Origin: Candidatus Solincola daggyaiensis
GTDB taxonomy: Bacteria > Actinomycetota > Geothermincolia > Geothermincolales > RBG-13-55-18
Reading direction: 5' to 3'
Assembly: GCA_015711825.1 (NCBI GenBank)
Contig: JACVJD010000001.1
Location: 333-64,332, forward strand
Length of the DNA: 64,000 nucleotides
Shown: piece by piece, positions 52,115 through 60,870 of the stretch
Layout of the letters: every line of letters starts with the position of its first letter
Position numbering within the stretch: position 1 is the first letter of the stretch
Notes under the pieces: model-generated
What the model saw: the letters and a program-made list of their open reading frames with translations, nothing else
Told to the model about the DNA's origin: nothing
Database searches by the model: none
Program-made: the position numbers and the translations under genes

Positions 52115-53668
52115 TTAACCCGTCCCGCAGGAGAGGCCGGAGTTCAGCCGGCGGCAAGCTCCGGCCAGCCGGGAATAGATGCGGCGGAAGACCCTGTATA
52201 GTTCGTCATATACCTCGACCTTGCCAGGGTCCGGCTCGAAAACCCTCCTGATCCGCACCACTTCCCTGATAGCCTTGAAAAAAGGTATGGCGCCCGTCGC
52301 CACCGCCGCGGCAAGGGCGCAGCCCATGGCCCCCGCCTCCCGGGGATTGCTCACCGCCTCTATCCGCCTGCCGATGATGTCCGCCACTATCTGCATCCAT
52401 ACGTCGCTGGCTGCACCGCCCCCAATGGCCCGCAGGGTTTCGCAGGGATATCTCGCCGAGGCGGCGATATCCGTAAGCCACCTGAGATTAAAGGCGACTC
52501 CCTCGTAAACCGCCCTCAACATGTGCTCCCAACCGTGCCTGATCCCCAGGTTGACGAAGGCGGCGCGGACCATGGTATCGGGCACCGGCGCCCTTTCCCC
52601 GAACATCCAGGGAGTGAAGAGCAGGCGTCCCGCGCCCGGCTCCACCTCCGCCGCAACGGCATCGAGGCGGCGGAAATACTCCGCTCCTCCCACGTCGCCA
52701 TCGCGAGGCATGGCAACGGCCATCTCCCTGGCAAACCATTCCAGGCAAACCCCCGCCGTCTCCGACTCCCCGATGAGCAGGAACATCTCGGGGTCAGGCG
52801 AGACCACCGTGGCTATGCCGTTCTTTCCCAGGTTGACCTTTTTCCGTACCGAAAGGCAAAGCCAGCTCGAGGTACCGAGGTTGATGTGGCCATCTCCATC
52901 CCTCAGCGCTCCCGAGCCCGTGGCCGCAGCCGGGATGTCCGCCATTCCCGCTATGACCGGCGTGCCGGGAAGCAGCCCCATTTCCTCCGCTGCGTCCTGC
53001 TTAAGGCCGCCCACCACCTCTATGCTTGAACGAAGGGGCGGCATCTTCTCGAGGTCCAGGCCAAGGACCGTGGCGTAAAGACCGGACCATTCCCGCTTGC
53101 GCGGGTTGAGAATGCCCGTTCCTCCCGCTCCGGTATGGTCCATGACCAAGCGTCCGGTGGCGCGTCCCACCAGGAAACCCGTGGCGTCAAGGAAACAGCG
53201 GGTGCGCTTGTATAGCTCGGGCTCGTTCTCCTTCAACCACGCCAGCTTGCATACCACATCCTTGCCGGAGGGCGCCGCCCCTGCCAGGCGTGTTATGGCT
53301 TTCCTGCCCCCGAAGCGACGGATTATGGATGCGGCCTGCTTCTCGGCGCGGTTGTCCAGCCAGATGATCGCCGGCCGTAGGGGACAGGCGGCCGCGTCCA
53401 CGGGCACTACCCCAAGCATCTGCCCCGCGAAACCCACGCCCGCCACCTTAGCCGGATCAACGGCGCATTCCAGCAGCATCCCGCGCGTGCAGGCGCATAC
53501 CGCCTTCCACCAGTCCTGCGCATCCTGCTCCGCCCATCCGAGTCGGGGATGGTTTAAAGGGTAGGGATGAAACGCCGATGCTATGAGCTCGCCTTCGCCG
53601 GAGACGAGGACGCTTTTGCACCCTCCGGTACCGATATCGAACCCGACGAAATATCCCTGCATCAGCAT
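52115..53668 (-). CDS. FGGY-family carbohydrate kinase (xylulokinase/glycerol kinase-like)
   Basis: YFVGFDIGTGGCKSVLV...WLDNRA...; 517 aa two-domain actin-fold kinase. Confidence 0.8.
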   Translation of the reverse strand: MLMQGYFVGFDIGTGGCKSVLVSGEGELIASAFHPYPLNHPRLGWAEQDAQDWWKAVCACTRGMLLECAVDPAKVAGVGFAGQMLGVVPVDAAACPLRPAIIWLDNRAEKQAASIIRRFGGRKAITRLAGAAPSGKDVVCKLAWLKENEPELYKRTRCFLDATGFLVGRATGRLVMDHTGAGGTGILNPRKREWSGLYATVLGLDLEKMPPLRSSIEVVGGLKQDAAEEMGLLPGTPVIAGMADIPAAATGSGALRDGDGHINLGTSSWLCLSVRKKVNLGKNGIATVVSPDPEMFLLIGESETAGVCLEWFAREMAVAMPRDGDVGGAEYFRRLDAVAAEVEPGAGRLLFTPWMFGERAPVPDTMVRAAFVNLGIRHGWEHMLRAVYEGVAFNLRWLTDIAASARYPCETLRAIGGGAASDVWMQIVADIIGRRIEAVSNPREAGAMGCALAAAVATGAIPFFKAIREVVRIRRVFEPDPGKVEVYDELYRVFRRIYSRLAGACRRLNSGLSCGTG

Positions 53669-53822
53669 CGCCTTTCCCCGCTAGGCCGTCAACCCATTTT
53701 AAACCTTTGCGCCGGCAATGCCGCCTCTGAAAAGCGACCGGGGCGGGACGCCCACGTCCCGCCCCGGCTGGGTTCGCCCTTGCGAGGTCGCCCTATCGGG
53801 TCTTTCGCCCCGCTCAGGAGGG

Positions 53823-54398
53823 TTACATCATCAGGTTGCCCAGGGACATGGCGAAGGGCATGTCCCCCTCTATCTTGAGCTTGCCGGTCATGAAAGCGGT
53901 GGGGCCGGCGAGCTCCCCCTTCTGCATGAGGGCCCAGTCCTCGAGGCCTATCTTGAAGGTCACTTCGGGAGAAGAGGCTCCGTTGAAGACCACCTTCAGA
54001 GGCACGGTGGAGCCGTCGGGCATGCCCAGTTCCACGTTCATGGTGCCCTTGGTGGAATTCAGGGTGTCATAACGCTTGCGGTTGGCGTTCTGTCCCATGT
54101 CCGTAAACATATCCATGGCGCCTTCCATCTTGCCGGTCACCGCCTTGCGCCAGGTATCCTCGTCTATCTCCACCTTGATCATGGGGCTGTCGAGGGAACC
54201 CTCCTTTACCTCCAGATCCTTAGCGTCCTTGACGGTAATGCCGTACACGTAGTTCTGGTCTCCCTTGATGTCGAACTCCACCGTGAAGACCGTGCCCTCC
54301 ATGCCCGTGATGCTGGTCCCGGAGAGTTGCTCCTCGACCATCTTGGGCACCACTTCCTCGAAGTACTCTTTCACGCTGATGTTCTCGCTGACTTCCAT
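53823..54398 (-). CDS. SCP2 (sterol carrier protein-2-like) domain protein
   Basis: C-terminal GELAGPTAFMTGKLKIEGDMPFAMSLGNLM is typical SCP2; start moved to internal ATG (MEVSENIS) preceded by perfect RBS AGGAGG+5 nt; ORF-track start is a GTG 13 codons upstream. Confidence 0.65.
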   Translation of the reverse strand: MEVSENISVKEYFEEVVPKMVEEQLSGTSITGMEGTVFTVEFDIKGDQNYVYGITVKDAKDLEVKEGSLDSPMIKVEIDEDTWRKAVTGKMEGAMDMFTDMGQNANRKRYDTLNSTKGTMNVELGMPDGSTVPLKVVFNGASSPEVTFKIGLEDWALMQKGELAGPTAFMTGKLKIEGDMPFAMSLGNLMM

Positions 54399-54480
54399 TC
54401 TTACCTCCTTCTCCGGCTGCTCTCTGCTCTTTTCCACCTCAGTTCCGCTTATGCCCCCTGGCTTTCCTTAGGGGAAACGG

Positions 54481-54526
54481 GTGCGGAGCCTTTATGGTAC
54501 TGACATGTCATTACTATAATTATATG
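54481..54526. promoter_or_regulatory. nested palindromes in AT-rich intergenic island: 9-bp inverted repeat TTTATGGTA...TACCATAAA enclosing the perfect 10-bp palindrome TGACATGTCA and a TATAAT box (candidate divergent promoter/operator)
   Basis: read directly; about 100 nt upstream of the SCP2 gene start (minus strand) and about 500 nt upstream of the 55011 gene (plus strand). Confidence 0.45.
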
Positions 54527-55010
54527 CTACCATAAAGTCAACCATATAAACGAACGAATTACGGGGATTTTTCCGTTTGTGCGGAGGAGCGGTGTGGATA
54601 AAGCCGGCGGAGGACAAATGAAAAAGGGCGATGTGAAAATTTTTTTCAATTTGTGGGGAGGAACGGCATGGGCGGCGTTCATCACCGCACCCTCACGCCG
54701 ATCTCCTCATCCCCCTTGCCGCCGAGCACAGGAGCGTCAGGGGCGCTGTTTATCACCACATAACGGGATTATGCGGAAGAGAAAGAACATGAGGCACATG
54801 CGGCTGTTAACCCGGGCTTTCCGTACTTCGTATAGGCGATAGCAAAAGGAGTAATATATATTCTGATCTTGCGACGATATCGACAACGGCGGTCGCCGGA
54901 GATGGGTCAAGGGCTTTACGAACATTTCGCCCGGAGACCATGAAACGGCTGCTGAACGCAGACACAACATAAGAGTAAGAAACGCAGTAAACGAGGAGTG
55001 AGGCATAGCC

Positions 55011-56459
55011 ATGGACCAGAGATTGAAAAACCTTGATTTCGCGTTCAACCCCCGCTCCATAGCCTTCATCGGCGCCACGGAAAGCATCCGCAAGTGGGGT
55101 TTCCTCATCTTGAACAACCTGCTCACGGGGGGATATGAAGGAGAGGTCTTTCCGGTGAACCCCAATCGCGACACCATACTAGGGCTGCGCGCCTATGCGT
55201 CGGTGCGCGATATCCCCGGGGACATCGACCTAGCGGTGTTCACGGTGCCTGCACGCCAGGTCTTGAGCTCCCTCGAGGAATGCGTCCATAAAGGAGTGAA
55301 GGCGGGGCTGGTGATCACGGCTGGGTTCAAGGAGCTCGGTGAGGAGGGCGCCAGGATGGAGACCGAGATGGTGAGAATGGCGCGAGATGCGGGCATGGTC
55401 CTCGTCGGGCCTAATTGCCAGGGCATCTGCTGCCCCAAGAACCGCCTCTATCCCTGGATGCCCATACTCTTCCATCCCGCACCGGGAAAGATAGGCTACG
55501 TCGCACAGAGCGGCAACATCCTCAACATGCTTATCGGGCATGCAGTGAACGCGGGCCTGGGGATCTCTAAGGCGGTTTCCAGTGGAAACGAGGCCGACAT
55601 ATCCACCGAGGAATATTACGCTTACCTCGCGGAGGACCCCGACACCGAGGTCATCGTGTCCTACATCGAGGGCATCCCCGACGGCCGCCGCTTCCTGGAG
55701 TACGCGCGCTCCGTCACCAGGAGCAAGCCCATCGTGGCGCTCAAGGGCGGCAGGACCCGATCGGGGATATCCGCGGCGAGGTCCCATACCGGCGCCATGG
55801 CCGTGAGGGAGAAGCTGTTCGAGGCAGCCTGCCGCCAGGCCGGCATCACGCTCACATACTCTATAGAGGAGGCGGGGGTTACCGCGGCGGCCTTCGTCAA
55901 CCGTCCCCTGCCCCGCGGCAAGCGCGTGGGCATCATCACCGGCGGAGGGGGCCTGGGGGTCATCGCATGCGACTTCTGCACCGAGATCGGCCTGGAGGTG
56001 GCCACGCTTTCAGGAGAAACCTTGAGCAAGCTCGAGGAGTTGCTTCCCGACTGGTGGGTGCCCGGAAACCCGGTGGACCTGGTAGCGGGTCTCGACTTCA
56101 CCATCCTCAAGCCGGTGATCGAGATCCTCATGAAGAGCGGTGAGGTCGATGCGGTTATGTTCCTATGGATAGGGGCCCCCCGCCGCAAGGGAGAGGCCGA
56201 GGCGTCGCAGAGCGAGCGGGGTATGGACATCTCCGCGGTCTGGAACGTGATGGACCAGCATTTTATGGGCTTCTACGGAGAGCTGAACACGCTCATGCAC
56301 GAGCTGCAGGTACCCTTGTATATCGCCACCAGCATCGAGATGCAGGACACGCCGGGCAGGGATGGATGCAATCCCATCGTTTTCCGCGACGTGGAATCCG
56401 CCTGCCGCGCCGTCAGCGCCATGGCCGGTTACCGCTCCTATCTCGACTCCCGCGGCTGA
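55011..56459 (+). CDS. CoA-binding protein, ADP-forming acyl-CoA synthetase (NDP-forming) alpha-subunit-like
   Basis: SIAFIGATESIRKWGFLILNNLL (CoA-binding Rossmann)...VLVGPNCQGICCP (succinyl-CoA synthetase-like flavodoxin domain); RBS gaggag upstream. Confidence 0.65.
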   Translation: MDQRLKNLDFAFNPRSIAFIGATESIRKWGFLILNNLLTGGYEGEVFPVNPNRDTILGLRAYASVRDIPGDIDLAVFTVPARQVLSSLEECVHKGVKAGLVITAGFKELGEEGARMETEMVRMARDAGMVLVGPNCQGICCPKNRLYPWMPILFHPAPGKIGYVAQSGNILNMLIGHAVNAGLGISKAVSSGNEADISTEEYYAYLAEDPDTEVIVSYIEGIPDGRRFLEYARSVTRSKPIVALKGGRTRSGISAARSHTGAMAVREKLFEAACRQAGITLTYSIEEAGVTAAAFVNRPLPRGKRVGIITGGGGLGVIACDFCTEIGLEVATLSGETLSKLEELLPDWWVPGNPVDLVAGLDFTILKPVIEILMKSGEVDAVMFLWIGAPRRKGEAEASQSERGMDISAVWNVMDQHFMGFYGELNTLMHELQVPLYIATSIEMQDTPGRDGCNPIVFRDVESACRAVSAMAGYRSYLDSRG

Positions 56460-56900
56460 GGCGGGCTTTGCTGCTGGTTATAGAGTCGAGTTTCCGTCAC
56501 CATGTTGCTGCTCATCATGTAGAGGTTACTCGCCTCTATGCCCAAGGCCCATATATACTACAGCAGGCGCTTCGGCACCCTGATGTTTACGGGGCAACAG
56601 CGTCGCCGACTCAAGCTGGTGAGTACGCCCTCCCCTTGATGGAGGTTCATAGCCAGCTTGAAGGCCGCGCTACGCTGTGTCCTCCATTGCATGGTGCCGC
56701 GTCAAAAATGCGCTCAAGCCTTCGCGCCCAAGAGGCTGCGGCATGCCTCGGTGTAAGTCGCCGGCAGTGTAGCCTAAAGCCTGCGCGCCTATGATAGGAC
56801 GGGAGCGGGGAGGCCATCGCATGCCGGAGATATCTGAAGCAGCCGGCGATTCTGACCGCGTGATCGAGGCCGGATAAGAGCGCGCCGCGATAATGTAGAG

Positions 56901-57782
56901 GTGAAGGCGATGCGAAAAGTACGGGCTCTCATTTCACGGGAGAGACAGGCGGAGCTTGCCCTCATCGCCGTTACCGTGGTATGGGGGCTCACCTTCTCCC
57001 TGGTAAAGCGGAGCCTGGAGGAGGTCTCGCCTTTCGTCTTCATGGCTTATCGCTTCGCGTTGGCCTTCCTGGTGATGCTGGCCGTATCCGTGCGCAGGTT
57101 GAGAGACCTGGACCGGGGAACGCTCGCGGCCGGGCTTCTGCTCGGGATTTTTCTCTACGGCGCCTACTCCCTGCAGACCATAGGACTTAAATACACCTCG
57201 GCCGGTAACGCGGGCTTTATCACCGGGCTTTTCGTGGTATTCGTTCCCATACTATCCGTCGTTTTGCTGCGTAAACGCCCGGGGGTACGTTCCATCGTAT
57301 CCGTGTCCCTGGCCACCGTCGGGCTTGCCCTCCTATCTCTGCAGCCTGGACAGGGCATCAACCTCGGGGACGCCTTGGTCCTGGGATGCGCCTTCACCTA
57401 CTCCCTGCACATCATCTGCATGGACCGCTTCGTACAGCGCCACGATTTGGTGCTACTCACCCTGGTGCAGATGGGGGTGGTGGCCATCCTTCACACCGTG
57501 TCAGGGCTGTTTTTCGAGGGCTTCACCTTCCCCACCGCTTCGTTCGTGTGGATGACCATCGCCGTATGCGGCATCCTCGCCTCCGCCGTGGCTTTCTTCG
57601 TGCAGGCCTGGGCCCAGAGGGCGCTCTCACCGGTGCGCACGTCGGTGGTTTTGATCATGGAGCCGGTGTTCTCCGTCCTCTTCGGTATCCTCCTGCTTGC
57701 AGAGAGGCTATCCTGGCGCGGGTGGTTGGGCTGCGCGATCATGCTCGCCGCCATGCTCATCACGGAGATAAGACCGGAATAG
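56901..57782 (+). CDS. EamA/DMT-superfamily transporter
   Basis: 10 TM, two EamA repeats. Confidence 0.8.
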   Translation: MKAMRKVRALISRERQAELALIAVTVVWGLTFSLVKRSLEEVSPFVFMAYRFALAFLVMLAVSVRRLRDLDRGTLAAGLLLGIFLYGAYSLQTIGLKYTSAGNAGFITGLFVVFVPILSVVLLRKRPGVRSIVSVSLATVGLALLSLQPGQGINLGDALVLGCAFTYSLHIICMDRFVQRHDLVLLTLVQMGVVAILHTVSGLFFEGFTFPTASFVWMTIAVCGILASAVAFFVQAWAQRALSPVRTSVVLIMEPVFSVLFGILLLAERLSWRGWLGCAIMLAAMLITEIRPE

Positions 57783-57908
57783 GGGTCAGGTCTTGCATCT
57801 AGCCTGCCATATTATGGTATCATATTATATTGTCGCTGGCAGGAGGCCACGTCTATCTTAAAATAATGTTGAGATACCGCGGTATGCAAAATACAAGACC
57901 TGACCCCA
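57749..57908. repeat. direct repeat copy 1: 34 nt of eamA 3' end + ~125-bp AT-rich MITE-like element with terminal inverted repeats GTCAGGTCTTGCAT / ATGCAA..CAAGACCTGAC
   Basis: aligns with 60711-60870; ends conserved, centre diverged; internal 12-bp palindrome ATACCGCGGTAT and TGGTATCAT extended -10-like box. Confidence 0.8.
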
Positions 57909-58667
57909 TCAGAGGATTTTGGAGAAGAAGTCGATGGCGCGGGGGCTTTGCGGGTTGGTAAATATTGCCTCTGGTTGGCCCTCCTCCACGATGTTGCCGT
58001 CGTCCATGAAGATGAGGCGGTCCCCTACCTCTTTGGCGAAGCCCATCTCATGGGTCACCACCATCATGGTCATGCCCTCGCGGGCCAGGTCCTTCATCAC
58101 GTCCAGGACCTCCTTGACCAGCTCGGGGTCGAGGGCCGAGGTCACCTCGTCGAAGAGCATAAGGTCGGGATCCATGGCCAAGGCACGCGCGATGGCCACC
58201 CTCTGCTGCTGCCCGCCGGAGAGGTGGGCCGGGTAGGCCGAGGCCTTTTCCTTCAGCCCTACCCTCTCCAGCAGGCGGAGGGCCTTATCCTCCGCCTCCG
58301 CAGCGTCCATCTTCCTGACCTTAATGGGGGCGAGGGTGACGTTGCGCAGGGTGGTGAGGTGGGGAAAGAGGTTGAAGCTCTGGAAGACGATCCCCACTCT
58401 CTGCCGCATGGCGTTTATGTCCACCTTGTGGTCGGTGATGTCCACGCCCTCGATATATATATGACCGCTGGTGGCATGCTCGAGCCCGTTCACGCAGCGC
58501 AGCATGGTGCTCTTGCCGGAACCGCTGGGTCCCACGATCACCAGCACCTCCGAGGGCCTCACCTTGAGGTTGACCCCCTTGAGCACCTCATGGAAACCGA
58601 ACCGCTTGTGGAGATCGACGATCTCCACCATGTATTCTGCGCTCAAGCGCCCCTCCCGGGATCCCAT
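57909..58667 (-). CDS. polar amino acid ABC transporter ATP-binding protein (GlnQ/HisP-like)
   Basis: Walker [25 protein letters not shown], Walker [13 protein letters not shown]; true start may be the internal ATG at 58631. Confidence 0.9.
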   Translation of the reverse strand: MGSREGRLSAEYMVEIVDLHKRFGFHEVLKGVNLKVRPSEVLVIVGPSGSGKSTMLRCVNGLEHATSGHIYIEGVDITDHKVDINAMRQRVGIVFQSFNLFPHLTTLRNVTLAPIKVRKMDAAEAEDKALRLLERVGLKEKASAYPAHLSGGQQQRVAIARALAMDPDLMLFDEVTSALDPELVKEVLDVMKDLAREGMTMMVVTHEMGFAKEVGDRLIFMDDGNIVEEGQPEAIFTNPQSPRAIDFFSKIL

Positions 58668-58830
58668 CCTCGTCCTGCCGATACCGTTTTCTCAAGACCA
58701 TATTAACCCATATCGCGCCCCGGGCACGAAAGTCGTCCCGCGCTCGGACGCGCGCAAGTTATGCCTTTACTGAGAGCCCTCCCTCATCTTGCGGCCAAAC
58801 CCCCGGTCCAGGGCACACGCCTCCCCAGCC

Positions 58831-59610
58831 TCAATCCTTCATGGAGAGTCGGGTGGTCATGTACTGTACCAGCCTCATCAAGGGAAGGGTGATGATGAGG
58901 TAGCATAGGGCCGCGCCCATGAGAGGGGTAACGCTGGCGTATTTCCCCATCATCTCCCTGCCGCGGAAAAAGACCTCCGCCAGCCCGATGGTGGCTACCA
59001 GGGCGGTGTCCTTGAGCAACGCTATGAACTCGTTGGAGAGCGGCGGGATGACGTTTCTTATCGCCTGGGGCAGGATGATGTAGCGCATAGCCTTCAGGTA
59101 TCCCATCCCAAGGGATCTTGCCGCCTCCATCTGCCCCTTGTGTATGGACTCTATGCCGGCGCGGAATATCTCCGCCTCATACGCCGCGTAGCAGATGGTG
59201 AGGGCGATGACCCCCGCAACGAACTGGCTTAGGTTGAGCCCCATGTAAGCAAGGCCGAAATAGACGATGAAGATCTGCAGCAGAAGCGGCATCCCCCTTA
59301 TGACGTCGATATACACTGCGGCAACGAAACGGAACGGCTTGACCCTGGATATCCTCACCAGGGCCACCATTAGGCCGGCGGCCAGTATGCAGATCTCCGA
59401 GATCACGGCGAGTCTTATGGTCACCCAGAGGCCTCTCGCCACATACGGCATGGTCTTCTTGAAGATCTGCCAGTTAAAGAACTCGTCCACGAACTTCTTG
59501 CCGGCCTCGAACCTGGTGAAGAAAACCGCCAGGAAGACGACCAGCGCCACAGCCGCCAAGATGCCGACCGTCCATAATATGACCTTTAGCCTTCCGTTTA
59601 TCCCCGACAC
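58831..59610 (-). CDS. polar amino acid ABC transporter permease (HisMQ family)
   Basis: EAARSLGMGYLKAMRYIILPQA EAA-loop motif. Confidence 0.85.
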   Translation of the reverse strand: MSGINGRLKVILWTVGILAAVALVVFLAVFFTRFEAGKKFVDEFFNWQIFKKTMPYVARGLWVTIRLAVISEICILAAGLMVALVRISRVKPFRFVAAVYIDVIRGMPLLLQIFIVYFGLAYMGLNLSQFVAGVIALTICYAAYEAEIFRAGIESIHKGQMEAARSLGMGYLKAMRYIILPQAIRNVIPPLSNEFIALLKDTALVATIGLAEVFFRGREMMGKYASVTPLMGAALCYLIITLPLMRLVQYMTTRLSMKD

Positions 59611-59696
59611 CTCCTTTCAAGGCAAAAGGCCCGCACGCCTTCGCGCGCGGGCCACAAAACTGGGCATCAAGACATGGTGGGGTTCGGCGCTCTTTT

Positions 59697-60509
59697 CTAT
59701 TTCTCCCCGAACCACTTCTCGAAGATCTTGTCGTAGCTGCCGTCTTTTTTCATCTCCGCCAGCGCTTTATCGATGGCCTTCTTGAGCTGGTCGTTGCCCT
59801 TGCGGATGCCGATGCCGTACTGCTCGTCGGTCTTGATGGTGGCCACCACCTCGGTCTGGCCGCGCATCTTGCTCATGTAGGCGTTGACAGGGTAGTCGTT
59901 GAGGATGGCGTCGATTCTCCCCAGCTCCAGCTCCTGGAAGGCGAGGATGATGGTATCGTACTTGCGGATCTCCTTGATGCCCGGGATCTTCTCCGCGGTG
60001 AACTGGCCGGTGGTATCTACCTGGACCCCCACCACCTTGCCCGCGAGGTCGGCCTCGCCCTTGATCTCCGTATTGCCCTTCTTTACTGCGATGGACTGGT
60101 TGGAGTCGATGTAGGGGTCGCTGAAGTCGATCTCCTCCAGCCGCTCGTCGGTGATGGTCATGGCGGACATGATGATGTCGTACTTGTCGGCCTTCAACCC
60201 CGGGATGATGCCGTCCCATGCGGTGCTTATGATCTCGAGTTCCAGGCCGAGCCGCTTGGCGAGCTCATTGGCGATATCGACATCGAACCCTTCCGGCTTG
60301 CCGTCATCCCCAATGGACTCGAAGGGCGGGTAGGTGGTGTCGCTGCCCATGAGCAGCTTGCCTTTCTGAATGGTGGTGACGGTAGCCTCCTTCTTCTCCT
60401 CCCCTTTCGTCTCCTCTTTCTTCTCGCCGCAACCCGCCGCCATGAGGCCGACTACCAGCGCGGTTGCAAGAGCGAGTACCAACAGGGCGATAAATCCTTT
60501 CCTGCGCAT
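59697..60509 (-). CDS. amino acid ABC transporter substrate-binding lipoprotein (SBP family 3)
   Basis: lipobox LMAAGCGEKKE; ...MSAMTITDERLEEIDFSDPY... Confidence 0.85.
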   Translation of the reverse strand: MRRKGFIALLVLALATALVVGLMAAGCGEKKEETKGEEKKEATVTTIQKGKLLMGSDTTYPPFESIGDDGKPEGFDVDIANELAKRLGLELEIISTAWDGIIPGLKADKYDIIMSAMTITDERLEEIDFSDPYIDSNQSIAVKKGNTEIKGEADLAGKVVGVQVDTTGQFTAEKIPGIKEIRKYDTIILAFQELELGRIDAILNDYPVNAYMSKMRGQTEVVATIKTDEQYGIGIRKGNDQLKKAIDKALAEMKKDGSYDKIFEKWFGEK

Positions 60510-60710
60510 CTTCCCTCCTTATCCCGTTCGGCCGGCAACGCTGAAATTATATAGTCAAAGCGTAATTCACACAAATCGCCGCGGGATAAATGAATGCCCG
60601 TAAGCCCTTGAGCAAGCCGCTTGGCTTGTCTTTGCTTCTTCTCCAAGGAGTCGGGGGCAAGAGGATGACGGCGAGTGGATAGCGCTCGGTTAAGCGGGCG
60701 GCAAAGTCAC

Positions 60711-60870
60711 CGCCATGCTCATCACCGAGATAAGACCGGAATAGGAGTCAGGTCTTGCATCTATCCTTCCATATTATGGTATCATACTATATTGCTGCTG
60801 TTAGAAGGCCATGTCTGGCGAAAGGATTTGCGGAGATACCGCGGTATGCAAAATTCAAGACCTGACCCCC
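60711..60870. repeat. direct repeat copy 2 (duplicated eamA 3' end fragment + MITE-like element)
   Basis: aligns with 57749-57908; its right end supplies the last codons and stop of the 60855-61970 gene. Confidence 0.8.

Noticed and set aside
54579-54842. 87-aa ORF in the AT-rich intergenic island
   Set aside because: R/K-rich low-complexity product with no RBS; more likely non-coding leader sequence (kept as a possible ncRNA region instead).
57749-60870. Possibility that the two direct repeats are a CRISPR array
   Set aside because: Only two copies, about 160 bp long, 2.8 kb apart, with coding genes between them; no cas genes. Called MITE-like repeats.
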